From contig JAQBOZ010000017.1 in assembly GCA_028287785.1 (NCBI GenBank), forward strand, positions 1,901-65,900: a stretch of 64,000 nucleotides of DNA, in the 5' to 3' direction. Source of the DNA: Chlorobiota bacterium (GTDB lineage: Bacteria > Bacteroidota > Ignavibacteria > OLB7). The position numbers and the translations under genes were made by a program. Below the pieces are notes generated by a model, which was not told where the DNA came from, made no database searches, and saw nothing but the letters and a program-made list of their open reading frames with translations. Within the stretch, counting starts at the first letter, position 1; each line of letters opens with the position of its first letter. Positions 1-10,082 of the stretch are shown here, piece after piece.

Positions 1-1242
1 GAACGTAAAGCGATTGACGGCGGTCTGGTTGAAGAGCGTATCGCCGCTGTTCATCGCCACCGACTGCGCGCCCTGGGCGATGTTGCCCGTGTAGTTGACA
101 AACGGCGCCTGCGCGTTCAGCGTCACCGTCCGGCTGAAGCCGGCCGCATCGCTGATCAGCAGCGTCGCCGTCCGCACGCCCGTTCCCGTTGGACGGAACG
201 TGATCGTGGGATTATCGACCTGCCCGTTGGAAAGCGAGCCGTTGATGACCTGCGTTCCGGGGGTGTTGTTGAAATAGTATTCGCTGGCTGCCGGGCCGCT
301 GATCGACAGCGTGTAATTCCGGATGCACGATGGGTCGGTCATCTTGATCGACAGTGGCGAGTAGATCGTCTGATTTCCGACCTGGGTGGAGAAGTTCGTG
401 AAGAACAGATCGCCGTTGTTGACCTGGGTGGCCGGTGCGCCGTTGCCCGCGCCGGTACGACCGGTAAGCTGCAGCGAGCAGGGGGTGAACGTGTAGAGAT
501 CGCCACTGTTGATACGAGTGGCAAGGATATTCACGTTGTTATCGACCGAGACGGTGCTGGCAACCGGGGAACCGCTGGCGAGCGAGACGCTCACGAAGCG
601 GGAGGGGGAGGCCGCGAGGCCGATCGTTGCCGACATGTTGCCGACACCGCGACCAAGATTGCAGTCGGAAGTGGTCCGCATCTCCGAGTAGAAATACTCG
701 ATCCTGTTCGATGTTTCGTAGAGGCGGGTCTGGAACGTGCTGTAGTTGCCCGAACGCGAATACAGCTCAAACTTGGTCCACGTAACCGAAAGCACTCTGT
801 TCGGCGCGGTCCCTGTAAGGTTATAGGAGAGGTACGGCCGTGAAGTACAGTTGCGGCTCTGCGCGCCGCCGGTGATGTAGAGATCGTCCCAATAACATGC
901 GAGCAGCGGGTAGTAAAGCGACGAATAGTAATTCGCCAGCTGATTATATCCCGTGCTCAGCGGGTAGTTTGTTCCCAGCCCCATAAGCCCGCTGGTGTTG
1001 GCCCAGCAGGTGGTGTAGGTAACGCCATCGAACACAAATGGGAACCCGATGCCGAAGCTGAAGACATTCTGATATCCGCGGATGCCCGCGTATGAAGAAA
1101 TCAGCCGTATCTCACCAGCATTGGATGCAATCGATCCCGATCCAACCGTAAACGCATACTGGAGCGCCTGACCGTACGAACACTGCACGGATACCGCAAG
1201 CAGCAGAAAGGTTGAGAGTAGGAGGAGTGATAATCGCCTCAT
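1..1242 (-). CDS. Secreted nidogen-like/Ig-like repeat surface protein, 3'-partial (runs off window); paralog of 1491..4781
   Basis: Not in the ORF track; translated by hand. ATG at 1242 with AGGAG upstream. MRRLSLLLLSTFLLLAVSVQCSYG|Q signal peptide, then GIGFPFVFDG..ACYWDDL..GTAPNRVLSVTW..FQTRLYETSNRIEYFY, collinear with the neighbouring gene. Frame is open to base 1. Confidence 0.9.
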   Translation of the reverse strand, partial: MRRLSLLLLSTFLLLAVSVQCSYGQALQYAFTVGSGSIASNAGEIRLISSYAGIRGYQNVFSFGIGFPFVFDGVTYTTCWANTSGLMGLGTNYPLSTGYNQLANYYSSLYYPLLACYWDDLYITGGAQSRNCTSRPYLSYNLTGTAPNRVLSVTWTKFELYSRSGNYSTFQTRLYETSNRIEYFYSEMRTTSDCNLGRGVGNMSATIGLAASPSRFVSVSLASGSPVASTVSVDNNVNILATRINSGDLYTFTPCSLQLTGRTGAGNGAPATQVNNGDLFFTNFSTQVGNQTIYSPLSIKMTDPSCIRNYTLSISGPAASEYYFNNTPGTQVINGSLSNGQVDNPTITFRPTGTGVRTATLLISDAAGFSRTVTLNAQAPFVNYTGNIAQGAQSVAMNSGDTLFNQTAVNRFTF

Positions 1243-1378
1243 AAGTCGACTCCTGGTTAATCTTGGAGATGTGTAAAGAAAACTTGGAAGGAAGGCTTAT
1301 TTGAGGTTGGTAGTTGTTAGCTGCCAACGCGGCCAGGGGAATAGCGATAAATGTAAGGAATTATTGATTTTCTTAATA

Positions 1379-1386
1379 CAAATTTA
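1379..1386 (-). promoter_or_regulatory. Bacteroidota-type -7 promoter element TAAATTTG
   Basis: Exact TAnnTTTG on the minus strand in the AT-rich intergenic region upstream of the 1242 start. Confidence 0.5.
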
Positions 1387-1406
1387 TCACGCAATCGACT
1401 AATTTC

Positions 1407-1440
1407 ACCGGCATGGGGAGGGTATCCCCCACATGCCGGT
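1407..1440 (-). terminator. Hairpin downstream of 1491..4781
   Basis: ACCGGCATG...CATGCCGGT inverted repeat; no clear U-tract. Confidence 0.4.
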
Positions 1441-1490
1441 AGACAGCTTCAACAGCGGACAATCGCCATTCATTCATGCTGCCTGCGCGA

Positions 1491-4400
1491 TTACCTGACG
1501 ACGATGACCGGCCTGTCCAGCACCATTCCGCCGGATTGGAGGCGGCACTGGTAGACTCCGGCGGGGAATCGGCTCAGATCGAACCGTACCCGCCACGTGC
1601 CCGCCTCCCGCGTTCCCGTTTCCAGAAGCCGGACCATTTCGCCGCGCGCATCGAACAACGCCACCCACACCTCGGAACGCCTGGCAAGCCGATAGATGAA
1701 TTCCGCCACCCCGCGCGCCGGATTCGGCGTGATATCCCCCAGAACAACATCAATAGACCGATCTTCCGTTCTGTCATCACCCGCCTCGGCCGCCGTGCCG
1801 TTCAGCGATACCAGCACCGGAGAGTTTGTTCCATCGCTCTGAATGATCAACGTGCCGCTGGTGGTTCCGACAAATGTGGGGGCATATCGAACCTCGAGAG
1901 CAACCGAATCCTGCGGATCGAGAATCTGTTTCGCCAGAGAGCCCATCGTGAATTTTCCGTCGCGTGACGAAATGATCGGCGTTCCAAGCGTCAACGGCAT
2001 CGTGCCGGTGTTCCTGATCATCACGCTCTGCGGCGGGGAAATGCTCCCCGGCGCGGCCACGAACTGAAGCGATGCCGGGCTTACCGCGATATGGCGAACC
2101 CCCGCAATGCCGTCGAGAGCGGAGGTGATGGTATCGCCGGTCGAGAGCCCCAGCGTCAGAAATGCATGACGGGGACCGGCGGACCGGCCGCCGAGCGGCG
2201 CGAATATCACCTTCAGATCGATCGGTGTTCCGCTCCCCACCACCACCGGCAGGGTGGGCCACGGGACCGCCGGATCAGAAAGGAAATCGGCGGCATCGGC
2301 CCCGCTGATCGTCGCCGATGTGATCGTCGCCGATCCCCCGGAGACTGTCTCGACATGCACGGTTCCATGCCCGTATCCGGCCGGATCGACATCGATCGGG
2401 ATGGTCTTCAGATCAAGATCGTTCACGATCAACGCCGATGGGCTTGAACCGCTCAGATCCAGAATGAATGTCCCCTTTGGCGTGCCCTGAAGCGATGAAT
2501 CGTTGGTGTGCAGCGTAATCGTCCCACGCCTGGCCCCCATCTTCCTCGGGAGAAACCGGACGATGATGGAGGAATCGACAGTGCCGGGAGGAATCAACAG
2601 GCTGTTCGTCGCGGAATCGATCCTTGTCCTGGGGGGCAATCCCACGATACGCCACTCCAGCGGATCATCGGAGAGGGTGGCGAGACCTGTCAGCGAAACC
2701 CGCAGCGTGCAGAGGCTGGGATTCGAGAGGTAGATCGGAAAACGGAGGGAGTCACCGATCGCGGTCGATGGAAACACAACGGTTTTCGGAAGTCCGCTCA
2801 GCGATTTGTCGGAGAGCTTTGCGCCGGCGCCATGCCCCAGCACGGCAAACCCGAGAAGCCCCTCCACCGCGATCCCGTTGGTATCGGCCGTGCTGAAGTT
2901 CGCGGCGGTGGTGCGGAGGAACGCGGCCCCGTAGCGCTTCTCGGAACGCCGGCCGATAAAGGTGAGATAGAGCGTCTTCGATTCCCCCTGCGCGATCGTC
3001 AGAGGATATTTCGGAAGCTGGATTCCCCCGGCCGCCGGCGCATCGGTAAGGATATAGTCTGCAAGCGGAACAGCCTTCCCCTGTGCATCCCTTCGGAGCG
3101 GATAGCGCGTGCTTCCCCCCGGCAGCACGCTGTCGGTGGCGTACACCTCGAACCCGTTGATGGTGAACGACCCGGTGCCGATGTTCGAGATCGTCAGCGG
3201 GAGGGATGGGAGCGCCTCGCCCAGGCATCCCTCCTGATCCCTGAACAGCGCCGTCGTGGAATCGATGGTCGTATTGCCGGATTTGAACATCCCGGCTTTG
3301 GCATTGGAGCCGGCATACAGCAGGAACGTTCTGGACTCCCCGTTTCCCGCGTCCACCACCAGCGTCGCCGGCTGCACGCCGATCCCGGTCGGGATAAACG
3401 TAATCGTCGGGGTTGCGGACTGGTTGTTCGCCAGCGTCGTTCCGGCCTCGATGGAATATTGCCCATTGCCGCCGGTGATGGTATAGGTTATCGGCAGGTT
3501 GCCGCCGCTGGCGTTTGTCAATGTGAATGGCGTGAAGCTCCCCGTTGCGTGAAGCGCGATGTTCATCGCGCCAAGGAGCGTATCCCCGGAGGCCATCAGC
3601 AGCGTCCCCCCTTTCGCGGGATTGCCCGTATAGCTTAGCCGCCCTCCCTGCGCCACAAGATTGTAGCTGGCGATGGGGCCATCCTGATCCGAGAGCGCCA
3701 GCACCGCGCGGCGTGGTCCGGCGGCGGCTGGATGAAACGTGATCGCGATCGTGTCGATCCGCCCGGCCGTCGGCGAAGCGCTCAGCGATGCTGTTCCAGG
3801 GCTCCCGAAGTAATACTCGGAGGCGTTCGCGCCGGTGATCTGAAGAGTGTAGGCGCGCCCGCAGGCCGGATCGCTGGTTCGTAGGTCAAACGGCCTGTAG
3901 GTCACCGTCGAGCCGACCGGCGTCGCGAACCCGTAGAGGAGAAGATCGCCATCGGCCATCGCATCGGTCCCGCCGTTCCCCGCCCCGGTACGCCCGGTTG
4001 GAACAAGCATGCAGGGGGAGAAGGTGTAGAGCGTTCCGGTCGGGATGGCAACGGAGTTGAGGTTGAACCCGTTGTTGGCGGCGGATGTGCTCATGGTGGC
4101 GCTTCCGGCGGCGCCCGGCGTCACGCTCATGAAATCGCCACTGTTCCTGGCAATGCCGATCGATGCCGATGTATTGAAGCAGCCGGTGCCGCTTCCACAG
4201 ACATCGCATGCGCTCATGCGGCCGTAATAGAGTTCGATCTTCCCCGATCCCTCGTACAGCCGCGCCTGAAACGCCCCATAGGAATTCGGCTTGCTGCTGC
4301 TGTTCCAGTAGACATCGACATCCTTCCATTCCACGGTCAGCAGCCGGTTTGGAGCCGTCCCGGAGAGGAGATAGCTGATTTTGGGATGAGCACACGCGCC

Positions 4401-4781
4401 GTTCTGCCCCGCCCCCATGCCGAGATCGTCCCAGAAGGGGGCAATGACCGGATACGTCGGCGACCCGCCGAGAAGATTATCGGAGGAAGAGGTGACGGGA
4501 GTGGCGCCAAGGGAGAGAAGGCCGTTGCTGCTGATGGTGAACTGCGTGTAGCCGGCTCCGCCAAATCTGAACGTGAACCCGATATTCAGCAGACTGCTTG
4601 CCCGATCCTTATTGGTGTTGCGGCTCCCCTGCGTTCCCGTCAGAAATGTGGTCGCACTGGTCATATCCGTCGCAACGCCGGTCCCGACCGAGAAGTTGTA
4701 GCTGGCAAGCTGCGCCATGGCCGACGGAGCGGCAGCGATGACGATGAAAAGGAGGAGGCTGACAAAGCGTTGCATTGGCAT
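1491..4781 (-). CDS. T9SS-secreted surface protein: nidogen-like N-terminal domain, tandem ASH/choice-of-anchor-D-like Ig domains, T9SS type A CTD
   Basis: Start probably 4781 or 4775 (MPMQRFVSLLL..SAMA|Q). NIGFTFRFGG..SSNGLL..IAPFWDDL motif; repeated I.NTGT.PL/F.P...G.R.A.L units; C-terminal PNP..LFDARGEMV..GVYQCRL..PVIVVR. Confidence 0.88.
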   Translation of the reverse strand: MPMQRFVSLLLFIVIAAAPSAMAQLASYNFSVGTGVATDMTSATTFLTGTQGSRNTNKDRASSLLNIGFTFRFGGAGYTQFTISSNGLLSLGATPVTSSSDNLLGGSPTYPVIAPFWDDLGMGAGQNGACAHPKISYLLSGTAPNRLLTVEWKDVDVYWNSSSKPNSYGAFQARLYEGSGKIELYYGRMSACDVCGSGTGCFNTSASIGIARNSGDFMSVTPGAAGSATMSTSAANNGFNLNSVAIPTGTLYTFSPCMLVPTGRTGAGNGGTDAMADGDLLLYGFATPVGSTVTYRPFDLRTSDPACGRAYTLQITGANASEYYFGSPGTASLSASPTAGRIDTIAITFHPAAAGPRRAVLALSDQDGPIASYNLVAQGGRLSYTGNPAKGGTLLMASGDTLLGAMNIALHATGSFTPFTLTNASGGNLPITYTITGGNGQYSIEAGTTLANNQSATPTITFIPTGIGVQPATLVVDAGNGESRTFLLYAGSNAKAGMFKSGNTTIDSTTALFRDQEGCLGEALPSLPLTISNIGTGSFTINGFEVYATDSVLPGGSTRYPLRRDAQGKAVPLADYILTDAPAAGGIQLPKYPLTIAQGESKTLYLTFIGRRSEKRYGAAFLRTTAANFSTADTNGIAVEGLLGFAVLGHGAGAKLSDKSLSGLPKTVVFPSTAIGDSLRFPIYLSNPSLCTLRVSLTGLATLSDDPLEWRIVGLPPRTRIDSATNSLLIPPGTVDSSIIVRFLPRKMGARRGTITLHTNDSSLQGTPKGTFILDLSGSSPSALIVNDLDLKTIPIDVDPAGYGHGTVHVETVSGGSATITSATISGADAADFLSDPAVPWPTLPVVVGSGTPIDLKVIFAPLGGRSAGPRHAFLTLGLSTGDTITSALDGIAGVRHIAVSPASLQFVAAPGSISPPQSVMIRNTGTMPLTLGTPIISSRDGKFTMGSLAKQILDPQDSVALEVRYAPTFVGTTSGTLIIQSDGTNSPVLVSLNGTAAEAGDDRTEDRSIDVVLGDITPNPARGVAEFIYRLARRSEVWVALFDARGEMVRLLETGTREAGTWRVRFDLSRFPAGVYQCRLQSGGMVLDRPVIVVR

Positions 4782-4932
4782 GGAAACGTTATGATCGATG
4801 ATATGATGGCGCACGAGGACAGGATTGTCCATCTGGGATGCGACCATCGGGGGGATTGCTGCGACACCGTACAGGATTTGAATGTACAGAATAATTTCAA
4901 CCTCCATGATCCCCTCCTGATCCCCTTACGGC

Positions 4933-4973
4933 AAAAAAAGAAGGGGCCGCCGCTCCATGCGATCAGCCCCTTC
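4933..4973 (-). terminator. Rho-independent terminator of 5003..8227
   Basis: GAAGGGGC..GCCCCTTC stem followed by T7 on the minus strand. Confidence 0.7.
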
Positions 4974-5002
4974 CCGATACTCTGCAAACCTCTGTTTCCC
5001 GA

Positions 5003-8000
5003 CTATCTGACCACGCTCAGCGAACGGTTCAGCACTCTCCCGCCGGCGGTCAGGCGGCAGTGATAGACGCCGCTTGAAAGCATCCCCAGATCAACCATCA
5101 CGCGATGCTCCCCGGCATCGCGCAGGCCGGCGTCCAGCACCCGCACCAGCCGCCCGTCGCCGTCGTATAATTCCAGCGCGACCGAACGTCGATCCGCCAG
5201 CCTGTAGGCAATCGCCACACGATCCCGCGCCGGGTTCGGCGTGCTCTGTTCCAGTGCAACGCCGGCGGCATCCGGGGTTTCAGCATCAGCGGACTCCGAC
5301 AGATCCTGCGCCCTGATATCTCCAGCCCCTCCTCGGGTCGCCGACACCGGCTCATCATCCCGATGTGTATTCGCCGCCGCCGTGCCATCCAGCAGCACGA
5401 TTCCGGGGCCGGATGTGGCATCGCTGCCGATTGTTATCGTGGCCGAGCCTGTCCCGACGGCAACCGGATGGTATGTCACCTCCAGAAATTCCGTCTGTCC
5501 CGGCTGAAGAACCATGCGCGGCAACGAGCCGAACGAGAAATCCGCCGCGCCCGCACCGCCGCTGATCACCGGATACACGAGCGTCAGGGGCATCGTCCCC
5601 ACGTTCGTAATCGGCAGGGTCTGCCTGCTCCGTCCGCTTCCGCCGAGACGGGCATCGAACTTCAGCGATGTGGCGCCCACCGTGATATCGCGCGTGCCGG
5701 CCATGCCGGTCAGCCATGCGGTGATGGTATCGCCGCTCACCAGCACCACCTTCACCATCGCGGAGCGGGGGCCGGGAGTTCCCCCGGCGATCGGGGCGAA
5801 GACGATCCCCAGATCGAGATCCTCCCCAGGCGTCAGCAGCCGTGGAAGCGCCGTCCAGCGACGGGCGGCATCCTCGTGGAATTCGCTGGTGTCGGCGCCG
5901 ACGATGGAGATGGAGATGATCGACGTGGCCGCCGGCGAGCTGTTGGTGACGTGGAGGAGATCATGACGCTGATCGCCGCCGATCAGCGCGATCCCGAAAT
6001 CGATGTTCGTCAGCGAAAGCGTGCTCCTGCCGGTGCCGAAGAGATCCAGATAGTGGATGCCCCGCCCCGCATATCCGTTGGATGGCAGGGTGGAGTCGTT
6101 GCTCCGAAGCGCGATGGTTGCGCGGTGCGAGCCCGGCTGGCGCGGCATGAAACGGACAAGAAGGGAGTCGCGCCCCCCCGGCGGGATCACCCACTCGTTC
6201 GCCGCCATGTCCACGCGGGCGCCGGTTGGGAGGCTCACGATCCGGAACTGGTCGATATCACCCGAGAAGATCCTGAGGTCTGCCATGGCGATACGAAGCT
6301 CGCATATGGCCGGATTTGCTATCGAGAGAACCGCGTCGGTCGAATCACCGACGGTTGCCTCGCGAAAGACGATCGGCAGCGGAAGCCGACCGCTTGCATC
6401 ACCGGCGAGGCGGCTTCCCGTTCCGCGCGCGAAAAGATCGAACACCAGCAGGCCGTACGTCGGCGCCACCGCGCCCGTGTCGAGATCCGAAAAGTTCTGG
6501 GCATTGGTCCTGAGATAGGCGCGGGCAAAGCGCTTGGTGGGACGGGTCGCCGTGAATGTCGCGTAGATGGTCGTTGTGGCTCCGGGAGCGACGATCACCG
6601 GGTTGGTCGGGGAGATGGGGAGGCCGCCCACCTGGGTCGACAGCGAGTAATCTCCCATCGGAATCAGCTTCCCGGCATTGTCCCGGCGCAGCGCATAGCG
6701 GGGCGCGCCCTGGGCGTAGACGGAATCGGTCTCGTAAAAATCCGCCCCCGTAATCGCCAGATCGCGCGTGGAGGGATTGCCTGCCGTGATCGGCGTGGCC
6801 GGCATGCCGCCACCGACGCAACTGGACTGATTGGCGAAGAACACGGTTCCGCTGTTGATGATCTCATCGCCCCGCTTGAGTGTCCCCTGTGCGCCAAGCT
6901 GGTAATCGAGCGGCGCGGAGAGGTGATAGATGACGATGTCCGATGGAATGCCGGTATAGGCCAGCTTGCCATCGGCGTTCGGCGAGATGATGCCGAAATC
7001 GTTGTCGTTGGCGATCGCAATGGTGGTCGGGTTGAGAATCGTCATCCCCTCCGCTTTCTCCAGGCTTACCGGATAGGGGATGTTGCCGGGGCCGGGGTTG
7101 GTCAGATCGATCACCAGCGTCTTGCCGACCGGCGTAAGACCGGCCACCGTGGTGATCTCCGAACGGCTCAGCTCCTCCAATGCCTTGAACGTCTTTGCCC
7201 CCGTCTGAAACACCTCAGTGGTGATGGGCGTCGCGCCCACAAGGGTCACCTTGTAGATCTTCTTGGCGTTCTGCGTTCCGCGGATGCCATGCTCGATAAC
7301 AAGCAGCTCGTTGTTGTTCAGCGCCACCATGTCGCCGACCTTGATATTCCTCCGGCGGAGATCGTTGCCGCCGACGGGATAGCCCGCGTCGATCATGTAG
7401 GCGAACATCCGGCTGATCCCGGTCCCTGGATCATATTCCAGCAGGCGGATCATCTCGGTCTGGTTGGAGGCATCGCCGTTGGCCTTCGTGGTATTGGCGA
7501 AGGAGTTGGCCATCCCGATCTCCAGCGCGGCGTAGATCTTCCCGTTCGGCGTCATCGCAATCGATTCAAACCCCTTGTTGACCACACGCTTCCTGAGGAT
7601 GTCGGGAATGCCGCCGCTTGGCTGCGGACGGAAACGGGCGATCACCTGGCCGGTGGCTGATACGTGGGAGATGCTCGGGCCGTACTCGTCGGAAACCCAG
7701 AATGTGCCGTCGGGAGCGCGGAGCAGCCCCTCGCTGTCGTATCCCCAGTCGTCGTTGGGAAGGACGTTGAGATTGATATCGAGAGCCACCTCGCCGGTGT
7801 TGTAGGGCGGGAGATTGGGGAGGCCGGTTGTCGGCGTGCCATCGGGACGGCGGAGCCTGATCGAGTCGATGATGGCGAGCGTTCCGTTCGCGTTCAGACG
7901 GACCTTCAGGATCGTCGGCGAGAAATCCGGCACGGGAAACACCAGCGCGCTGCCGGAATCGATATTGCCTCCGCGATCCGTGATCGCCCAGAACTCATTG

Positions 8001-8227
8001 CCACCCGCGTAGAAAAGGCCCGAGAGCCCGCCGAGCTTGATGGTGGAAGATCCCTTGAGGTAGGGGGTCGATGCGTCCGGTAGCGTATAGATGCCGGGGG
8101 CGGGAGCCGGGGCCGCGTACTGCGCGCGGGCCGCCGCCGGGATCATCAGAAGAAGGCCGGCCAGGATGGCGGCATGGAGTAATCGGAGGGTCATGGGTAT
8201 GAGCGTAAGATATTGAGTGCTGTTCAT
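5003..8227 (-). CDS. Esterase-like activity of phytase family domain fused to Ig-like stalk and T9SS CTD
   Basis: Motifs LGGLSGL, ITDRG, DSEGL..DGTFWVSDEYGP, NKGFES, KAEG, NDNDFG; C-terminal PNP..LYDGDGRLV..GVYHCRL. Alternative start at 8194. Confidence 0.88.
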   Translation of the reverse strand: MNSTQYLTLIPMTLRLLHAAILAGLLLMIPAAARAQYAAPAPAPGIYTLPDASTPYLKGSSTIKLGGLSGLFYAGGNEFWAITDRGGNIDSGSALVFPVPDFSPTILKVRLNANGTLAIIDSIRLRRPDGTPTTGLPNLPPYNTGEVALDINLNVLPNDDWGYDSEGLLRAPDGTFWVSDEYGPSISHVSATGQVIARFRPQPSGGIPDILRKRVVNKGFESIAMTPNGKIYAALEIGMANSFANTTKANGDASNQTEMIRLLEYDPGTGISRMFAYMIDAGYPVGGNDLRRRNIKVGDMVALNNNELLVIEHGIRGTQNAKKIYKVTLVGATPITTEVFQTGAKTFKALEELSRSEITTVAGLTPVGKTLVIDLTNPGPGNIPYPVSLEKAEGMTILNPTTIAIANDNDFGIISPNADGKLAYTGIPSDIVIYHLSAPLDYQLGAQGTLKRGDEIINSGTVFFANQSSCVGGGMPATPITAGNPSTRDLAITGADFYETDSVYAQGAPRYALRRDNAGKLIPMGDYSLSTQVGGLPISPTNPVIVAPGATTTIYATFTATRPTKRFARAYLRTNAQNFSDLDTGAVAPTYGLLVFDLFARGTGSRLAGDASGRLPLPIVFREATVGDSTDAVLSIANPAICELRIAMADLRIFSGDIDQFRIVSLPTGARVDMAANEWVIPPGGRDSLLVRFMPRQPGSHRATIALRSNDSTLPSNGYAGRGIHYLDLFGTGRSTLSLTNIDFGIALIGGDQRHDLLHVTNSSPAATSIISISIVGADTSEFHEDAARRWTALPRLLTPGEDLDLGIVFAPIAGGTPGPRSAMVKVVLVSGDTITAWLTGMAGTRDITVGATSLKFDARLGGSGRSRQTLPITNVGTMPLTLVYPVISGGAGAADFSFGSLPRMVLQPGQTEFLEVTYHPVAVGTGSATITIGSDATSGPGIVLLDGTAAANTHRDDEPVSATRGGAGDIRAQDLSESADAETPDAAGVALEQSTPNPARDRVAIAYRLADRRSVALELYDGDGRLVRVLDAGLRDAGEHRVMVDLGMLSSGVYHCRLTAGGRVLNRSLSVVR

Positions 8228-8314
8228 TTCCCCGTGTGGGGAACACGCAAACCTAGCCCATGAACCTTGGCTGAATTTTACCGCAACGTTATGATTCGAT
8301 AACCTGGTCGGAAT

Positions 8315-8363
8315 CTGCGCGGGGCATCGCCCCGCGCAGCAGGGATTACACCCCTCCGGGCTT
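8315..8363 (-). repeat. REP-like 50-bp element, family A, copy 1
   Basis: AAGCCCGGAGGGGTGTAATCCCTGCTGCGCGGGGCGATGCCCCGCGCAG, homologous to the copies at 60029, 61286 and 61492. Confidence 0.8.
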
Positions 8364-8394
8364 GGGAAGATGGTAGATGGGGTTGGTCAACAGC

Positions 8395-9861
8395 CTACGT
8401 CTGCGCCGCTATCATCTGTGCCTGCGCCGACCCCTTGGCCGCATGATGCGGGTTCTGTTCCAGATCGGCCCGGAGCTTCTCCTCCTCGATCTTCACCCGC
8501 CGCTCATTGCGCCAGCGCGTGGCAAATCGGATGAGAAGCGATGTGACGGGGATCGCCACCAGCATCCCCGGTATCCCCATGAAATAGCCGAAGATCAGGA
8601 GCGAGACGATGACCAGGATCGGATGAAGATCGGTATGCCGTCCCATCACCTGCGGCCCGATCACGGTCGACTCGATAATCGCCTGAACGATAAACAGCCC
8701 GAGAACCCACAGAATCGTGATGCCGGGCTCGGGGGTGCCAAGCGCCGCGATCCCCGCCAGCGCGAAGGCGATATATCCCCCCACGAACGGGATCAGCGTG
8801 AGAAAGCTGGTAAGCACGCCAAGCAGCAGCGATCCCGGAACGCCGATGAAAAAGAGCCCCACGCCGACGAAAACCCCCTGGAAAAGGCTGGTGATCAGAT
8901 CCCCCCTGAGAAATCCCCCCACCACATCATCCATATCCCTCAGGAAACGCTGCGAACGTCGCTGATATTCCTGCGGCATGAACGAATAGAGCGCGCCACG
9001 GACCGTCCAGTAATCCTTCACGAAGTAGAACATCACAAACGGAACGGTCATAAAGTGAAGAACGCCGTTGAAGATATCCGGAGCGGATTTCCCGACAGTC
9101 CCCGCCATCTGCGCCATCGAGCCATCCATCGCCGCCAGTTTGGGCATCACGTGCAGTTTGATCATCGTATCGATCTTCTCCTGCGGTATCCCGGTAAGCT
9201 CCCTCAAGCCTCCATTGTGCGCCCACTGCAGCGCCGAAGCGGTCACTTTGTCGATCGATGATAGTGCCGTTCCGATCTGCTCGACCAGCACCGGAGTAAC
9301 CAGAACAATCCCCAGCACCACAATCATCACAAGCGTCATCGTCAGCACAAGCGCGGAAATCCACCGTCGGACAAACCATCGCTTCGCCACGTAGGAAACC
9401 AGCGGCTCCACGATGTACGCAATCATAAAGGCGATGATAAAGGGAAGGATGGTCCCGATCGCCGCGCCGATCAGCCAGCAGAAGAAGATGATGGCGGTCA
9501 CCAGAAGAAGCGGCCGGATCTTCGGCTCCTTCCTGAACGGATAGAAAATGACCGCGATTGCCGTCGCCAGCAGGAAGGGGGAGAGGATATCCCGCACCTG
9601 AAATATCAGCAGCCCGATCAGCGATGTACCGAAAAGGATCGTCAGGATGCCATAGAGTGTCGTCGGCACCGGAAAGAGATGAGGGAAGAACCGGAGAGGC
9701 TTTGGAAGATGCTTCCGCGATCGGCTTCCGCTCCTGTTCTCCGTCTGCTCGTCGATCTCCTCCGGCGTCTGGTCGGGCGAGGCAATAGTGGCGGAATTCC
9801 CTTGATTTAGAGGAATCTGAGGATTTCCGTTTGTGCGGACAACTCTATGATATCTGCTCAT
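8395..9861 (-). CDS. AI-2E family (PerM/YhhT-like) membrane transporter
   Basis: Multiple TM segments, with motifs LPFIIAFMIAYIVEPLV, IPFVGG, QAIIESTVIGPQVMGRHTDLHP, GIPGMLVAIP. Start uncertain (9861 chosen). Confidence 0.9.
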   Translation of the reverse strand: MSRYHRVVRTNGNPQIPLNQGNSATIASPDQTPEEIDEQTENRSGSRSRKHLPKPLRFFPHLFPVPTTLYGILTILFGTSLIGLLIFQVRDILSPFLLATAIAVIFYPFRKEPKIRPLLLVTAIIFFCWLIGAAIGTILPFIIAFMIAYIVEPLVSYVAKRWFVRRWISALVLTMTLVMIVVLGIVLVTPVLVEQIGTALSSIDKVTASALQWAHNGGLRELTGIPQEKIDTMIKLHVMPKLAAMDGSMAQMAGTVGKSAPDIFNGVLHFMTVPFVMFYFVKDYWTVRGALYSFMPQEYQRRSQRFLRDMDDVVGGFLRGDLITSLFQGVFVGVGLFFIGVPGSLLLGVLTSFLTLIPFVGGYIAFALAGIAALGTPEPGITILWVLGLFIVQAIIESTVIGPQVMGRHTDLHPILVIVSLLIFGYFMGIPGMLVAIPVTSLLIRFATRWRNERRVKIEEEKLRADLEQNPHHAAKGSAQAQMIAAQT

Positions 9862-10082
9862 GATCCCCTGTTGGCTTAATCGGATTGGAATGCAGATGAT
9901 AGTATAGCAGAGATTATGCCGAAGAGCGGACAGAACCATCATCCGCCCGATTCGCTCCGCGCGATGCTCGCGGCCGGTCGCGGGCCAATAAACTTTCCTC
10001 TTTCGAGTCTCAGGTTTTGTCGGTAAGATTCCCGACCCCGTAACGGCGTGCCGATATCCTATTTCGCTGGAACTCCTTGACG

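Noticed and set aside
8240-8310. Pho-box-like 11-bp periodicity upstream of the phytase-like gene
   Set aside because: The matches are too degenerate to distinguish from chance by eye.
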